A program made the translations under genes and the position numbers. The notes under the pieces are model-generated. The model was not told the DNA's origin. It was given only the letters and a program-made list of their open reading frames with translations, and ran no database searches. From positions 40,871,748 through 40,898,357 of the forward strand of contig NC_057718.1 of NCBI RefSeq assembly GCF_004010195.1: 26,610 bases of DNA, read 5' to 3'. Origin of the DNA: Chiloscyllium plagiosum. Lineage: Eukaryota. Position 1 is the stretch's first letter. Every line of letters starts with the position of its first letter. Below are positions 22,900-26,610 of the stretch, in pieces.

Positions 22900-23545
22900 T
22901 TATTGTGCCAATCTCCTGTGCCTCCTGACTTAAACATAGTCAATGATTTGGTTTCCACAGCCTCTGCAGCTGTGATTCCCACAGATCCACCACTTTCTGG
23001 CAGAAGAAATTCCTCATCTCAGTTCTAAAGAGTTGCCCCCTCAATCTGTGGCTGTGCCCTCAGGTAGTAGTTTCTCCTACCAGTGAAAACATCATCTTGA
23101 TGTCTAGTTCCTCTTGCCAGCATTTGGCCCAGATCCCTCGAAACCCTTCCTATTCATGTACCCATCCAGGTCCCTTTTAAATGTTGTAATTGTACCAGCC
23201 TCTGCCACTTCTCTGACCGTTTGTTGCATACATGCACTACCCTCTGCCTCTATTCTTCCTACCAAAGTGCATAACCTCACACTTTCCCATACTTGTATTC
23301 CATCTACCACTTTTTTGCCCACTCTCCTAGGCTGCCCTAGTCTTTCTGCAGCCTCCATGCTTCCTCAACAGTACCTGCCTCTCCACTCATTTAATGTCAT
23401 TTGCAAACTTGGCAACAACGCCCTCGAATCCTTCGTGCAGACTGTTAATATATAACACAAATAGTTGCCGTCCCAACACTGACCACTGCACCCACTGGCT
23501 CTCTTCCTGAAAAAGACCCCTTGACTCCTACTTTCTACCTTCTGC
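22900..23545 (-). mobile_element. Composite of CR1 fragments (3' ends and RT core)
   Basis: Minus-strand SVLGRQLFVLYIN..EGVVAKFANDIK (23390-23485). 23104-23210 matches the CR1 3' region at 4799-4905. 22940-23095 is an older CR1 3' segment. Confidence 0.75.
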
Positions 23546-24079
23546 AGATCCTTGACAGTTTGTCAACTATTTAGAAGCACCTTGTATTTCACTACCAGAT
23601 GTGTGCTGATGTATGACTCTAGGTTGCCACTATTAGAAATATCCAAATGATCAAAAAGAATTGTTCATTAAATGCCACCAAAGAATTAATAAGAAAAATA
23701 TTTGAACCAATCAGATTTTGCTGCTTTTTCATGCTTGATGGTTGAAACATTTTCCAAGATGACGTCTTTAGAAGACGTGACATTTCCATTTGGAAACAGA
23801 ATAACTTTTATAAAACAATCTTAATAAACCACTGATACCATCAATAATTCTCAGTGCTGGATGATTAGCACACTTTATTAGAAGTATGGTGAGCACGGGA
23901 AAGAGGAATCGGAACTGGATTAAGAAGTGAATGTTTAACAATCCACCTTAAAGCGTTGAGCATATCTACTACCAAAGGAAGCAAAACCCTAACCACAGAA
24001 GCATTATAATGGTAAAAGTGAAGAACAGGTGGAAGGGGGACACGAACATATTGGCAATTGTGTGCGAAAAATGGCAAAA

Positions 24080-24510
24080 TACAAGAGTCGCTGTTTAAAT
24101 GCTCCGGCAGGATTCAGCGGTCAGACACTTTCTGACATGACACGGTGATGGGTGACAGGAAGACCCGCAGTGGGCGGCCGGAGCCAGACGAGGTTGGTGG
24201 GGGGTGGTTTCACTTCCTACACCAGGTCCTCAGGCCTTGTACAGTCATGAGATAAATCAGCGAGGTCTAACCTGAGCCGTGCAGGAAGATCACGGACGCA
24301 GTGGGCTTCTTAGCCTGAGCGACAACGGTCCTCTGTAAAATGGCCGCCATCTTCGCATCGGCCCCCTCCTCTTCGGGGTAGGCTGAAAGGGGTCAGGTGA
24401 CCAGCCACGCGCTGCTTGACGTCGCCTGGAAACGTCACCGTGCTGACGACACGACGTGCTCTCGCTGGCGGTTTGGTCGGCTGTAGTTGCGCGCATGCGC
24501 ACCAGCGCTA
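24080..24510 (-). promoter_or_regulatory. CpG-island promoter / 5' end of LYPLAL1 with NRF1-like, CRE-like and YY1-like sites
   Basis: The most CpG-dense non-repeat stretch in the window. GCGCATGCGCA (NRF1 consensus) at 24491-24501; TGACGTCG at 24417-24424 and AACGTCAC at 24431-24438 (CRE-like); AAGATGGCGGCC (YY1-like) across the start codon; ACTACA half-site near 24482-24488. No obvious TATA box. Confidence 0.8.
24272..24350 (-). CDS. LYPLAL1: LYPLAL1 coding exon 1 (MAAILQRTVVAQAKKPTASVIFLHGS-G)
   Basis: ATG at 24350 in strong context (aagATGG). Translation matches the LYPLAL1 N-terminus (..SLIFLHGSG). 79 nt, ending phase 1 at donor G|GTTAGA (intron starts 24271). Lies in a CpG island. Confidence 0.95.
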
Positions 24511-24621
24511 ATTTTTCACCAATTATTTTTATAAAATTTCAAGAGCGTTATTTTCTTTGTCAAAGGCAAGATTTCTTTCTCTTCATTTGTTACATTACGT
24601 GAGCGTGAAAATCCAGGCTAT

Positions 24622-25169
24622 TGTGAGAAACAGAACTCACAAATCAATCAGCCTGAGACAAAGCCTTGGAAACAAGAACAGTTTATTACAGCCTTGCAAG
24701 GACCGGACGCTTCTGCAATAAAGCAGAAATGCGCGCCAAAACAGAGCCTGTTAGCTTTCTTAGTCAGTTTACAAGTTGCGGAATCACGCCTCCCTTTTCC
24801 CATTCTATCATAAGCCAATTACCTCACTTGTTAGTTATTTTCTTACCTGGCCATCCTGCTGTACTTGTCTGCATTCTTTGTTCCTTGTTTGTTACAGCTT
24901 GTTCTTTTATCCAGTTTCTCTTATCATACTATAAGCTTTATTGTGAAATGCCCTTGCTGCTTCTTTTTGTGTTCAGCTACAACCCTTCATAGTTATTTCC
25001 TAGCTTAAAACTATTTTCTTCAAAAGACCCTCTATATTCATTAAAGTCTTAACTTTAAGTATGCTACATGCTACAAGAATTCTGCGACCGTTTGTATAAT
25101 GTTCCCCTTCCCTTCCCCCCACTACACCCCCTCCCCCACCTGCAAAAACAACATTTCTAATCTCCCACA
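24622..25169 (-). mobile_element. Solo LTR (548 bp), probably retroviral or gypsy type
   Basis: Begins TGTGAGAAA and ends TCTCCCACA (TG..CA, 7/9 inverted match). 4-bp TSD CTAT at 24618-24621 and 25170-25173. Minus-strand AATAAA at 24687-24682, ~60 nt from the end, suggests the orientation. Confidence 0.7.
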
Positions 25170-25272
25170 CTATCACTACGAGGGTGCTGGACTGTCTCTT
25201 TTTGGATGAAAAATTATATCAATTACATCTGCATTAGATATTTTTAAATCACTCTTTTCACAGAGATTATTA

Positions 25273-25340
25273 CACACTTCTGGAGCATGTGGGACTTGAA
25301 CCAGGAACGATGCAGTAGGGATACTACAACTTGCACCACT
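25273..25340 (-). mobile_element. Decayed tRNA-derived SINE head
   Basis: Minus strand gtggtgcaagttgtagtatccct..cctggttcaagtcccac has A-box-like and B-box (GGTTCAAGTCC) motifs but no complete cloverleaf. Confidence 0.6.
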
Positions 25341-25645
25341 TGAGTCCTCTCTCCTGGCTGTTCTCAGCTTGTCAACTCTCCAGGATAGGTCTGGACTCTC
25401 TGGAATAGAATATCCTCATATTGAATACACCTGACAATAAAAGAACACTGAAAAGTGTGCATCGTCGCTCGTACATCAACACTATTCTCATTAATTTGGA
25501 AAAAAAAATTTAAAGATAAAGAGAGTCCAACATTTTCTTCTCCACTACTACAACAGGCCGCTAACAGAGTCCTACTCCGGGCTTCCCAGCCCACTCCATG
25601 CCGACGCCATGCTGCCAAATGTGTCTGAAAAGTTTCAGAAGGGAG

Positions 25646-25648
<3 letters not shown>

Positions 25649-25676
<28 letters not shown>
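25649..25676. repeat. (AT)14 microsatellite
   Basis: Read directly from the sequence. Confidence 0.97.
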
Positions 25677-25681
<5 letters not shown>

Positions 25682-26121
25682 GAAATTGATGAATTTAGAG
25701 GGTAACAGAGATAGGACTGGAGAATGGGACTAGTCTGGACAACTTTTTCGGTGCGATAATTGAGTGGTGCCCTTCTGTACTGTAAAATGTAATTATTGCA
25801 AATGATATAATGAATCATCCTGGAGTACATTTAATCGCGACATAGTAAGCTTAATTTATCCTCTCAGATAGACTTGAAATATCTCATTATACCACTTTGA
25901 AAATAGAGTGTGACCCCTATTTTGGTTGTATTCAGTATTTATCTCACAATCATAATCCTCCAAGCAGGTTACCTTGTTAATATCACATTCGTGATTATGA
26001 GAGCCTGCTGCATGCAAATTGGTTGTGCTTTGACAACAGTCTCTCCTATTGTGTATATATCAATATCTTGTATTCATGAAAGGCACTATAAACATGCAAG
26101 TGCTTTTTATGTATAAAGGCA

Positions 26122-26365
26122 TCCTCTAATTCTAGTTTCACATGTATCCATTGGCTGATATGGCCCTAAGCACCGGAGTTCTCTTGGTACATCTTTGCCT
26201 CTCTATCTCACTCTCCTCCTTTAAGCCGATCTGAAATTTACTTTGACAGTTTGTCTTAATAGCTCCTTATGTGGCTTGGTATCATATTTCATCTTAATGC
26301 TCGAGGAAAGTGCATTGGAACATTGCTTTATTATGTTAAGGGATTTATGCAATGTAGGATTGTAT
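26122..26365 (+). mobile_element. Decayed L2-type LINE 3' end
   Basis: cctctctatctcactctcctcctttaag..ctccttatgtggcttggt..aagtgcattggaac..atgttaagggatttatgcaatgtagg resembles L2 3' termini. Recognised by pattern only. Confidence 0.55.
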
Positions 26366-26387
26366 AGCTATTTGGATTTCATGTGAT

Positions 26388-26610
26388 GTGGAGGTGCCAG
26401 TGTTGGACTAGAGTGGACAAGGTCAGAGTTGAGGTGTGGTGCTGTAAAAGCACAGCAGGTCAGGCATCATCCGAGGTGCAGGAGAATCAATGTTTCGGGC
26501 AAGAGCCCTTCATCAGGAATGAGGCTTGTGAGCCGAGGGGATGAAGAGATAAATGGGGAGGGGTTGGGGCTGGGGGGAGGAGGTAGCTGAGAGTGTGATA
26601 GATGAATGGA
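26388..26610 (-). mobile_element. Family-B head (26388-26426) joined to a family-A Penelope-like terminal repeat running off the window; hammerhead motif at 26485-26520
   Basis: 26388-26426 matches 6020-6058, and 26427-26518 matches the family-A arms. The minus strand reads AUUC-CUGAUGA-A-GGGC(UCUU)GCCC-GAAA-CAUU-GAUU. Confidence 0.75.

Noticed and set aside
24290..24502. 70-aa minus-strand ORF as a separate gene
   Set aside because: It starts inside the NRF1-like promoter motif, overlaps exon 1 out of frame and has no recognisable homology. Only its last 22 codons are kept as a possible uORF.

Overview
Eukaryotic, repeat-rich vertebrate DNA. It is most likely a cartilaginous fish (shark), inferred from an HE1-type SINE and CR1/Penelope-type repeat content. 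The only host gene is the 5' part of LYPLAL1 (lysophospholipase-like 1) on the minus strand: a CpG-island promoter at ~24.1-24.5 kb and coding exons 1-3 (24272-24350, 15230-15329, 13032-13201), with canonical splice sites and matching phases. The exon with the catalytic GFSMG serine is not in the window. The rest is intron and upstream sequence packed with decayed mobile elements: CR1, RTE and L2 LINEs, tRNA-derived SINEs, a Harbinger transposase fossil, a Tigger-like MITE, Penelope-like terminal-repeat fragments and a solo LTR just upstream of the promoter. The most notable structures are: (1) a ~2.9 kb endonuclease+RT element with a tRNA-type Pol III SINE head, no ORF1 and almost no internal TTTT terminators, plus a short SINE sharing both its ends; (2) minimal hammerhead-ribozyme motifs in short TSD-flanked inverted-repeat insertions; (3) a templated inverted insertion of local sequence inside a 1-kb foldback; (4) a promoter-proximal, co-oriented solo LTR. 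Repeat family names come from motif recognition, not database searches, and repeat boundaries are approximate.
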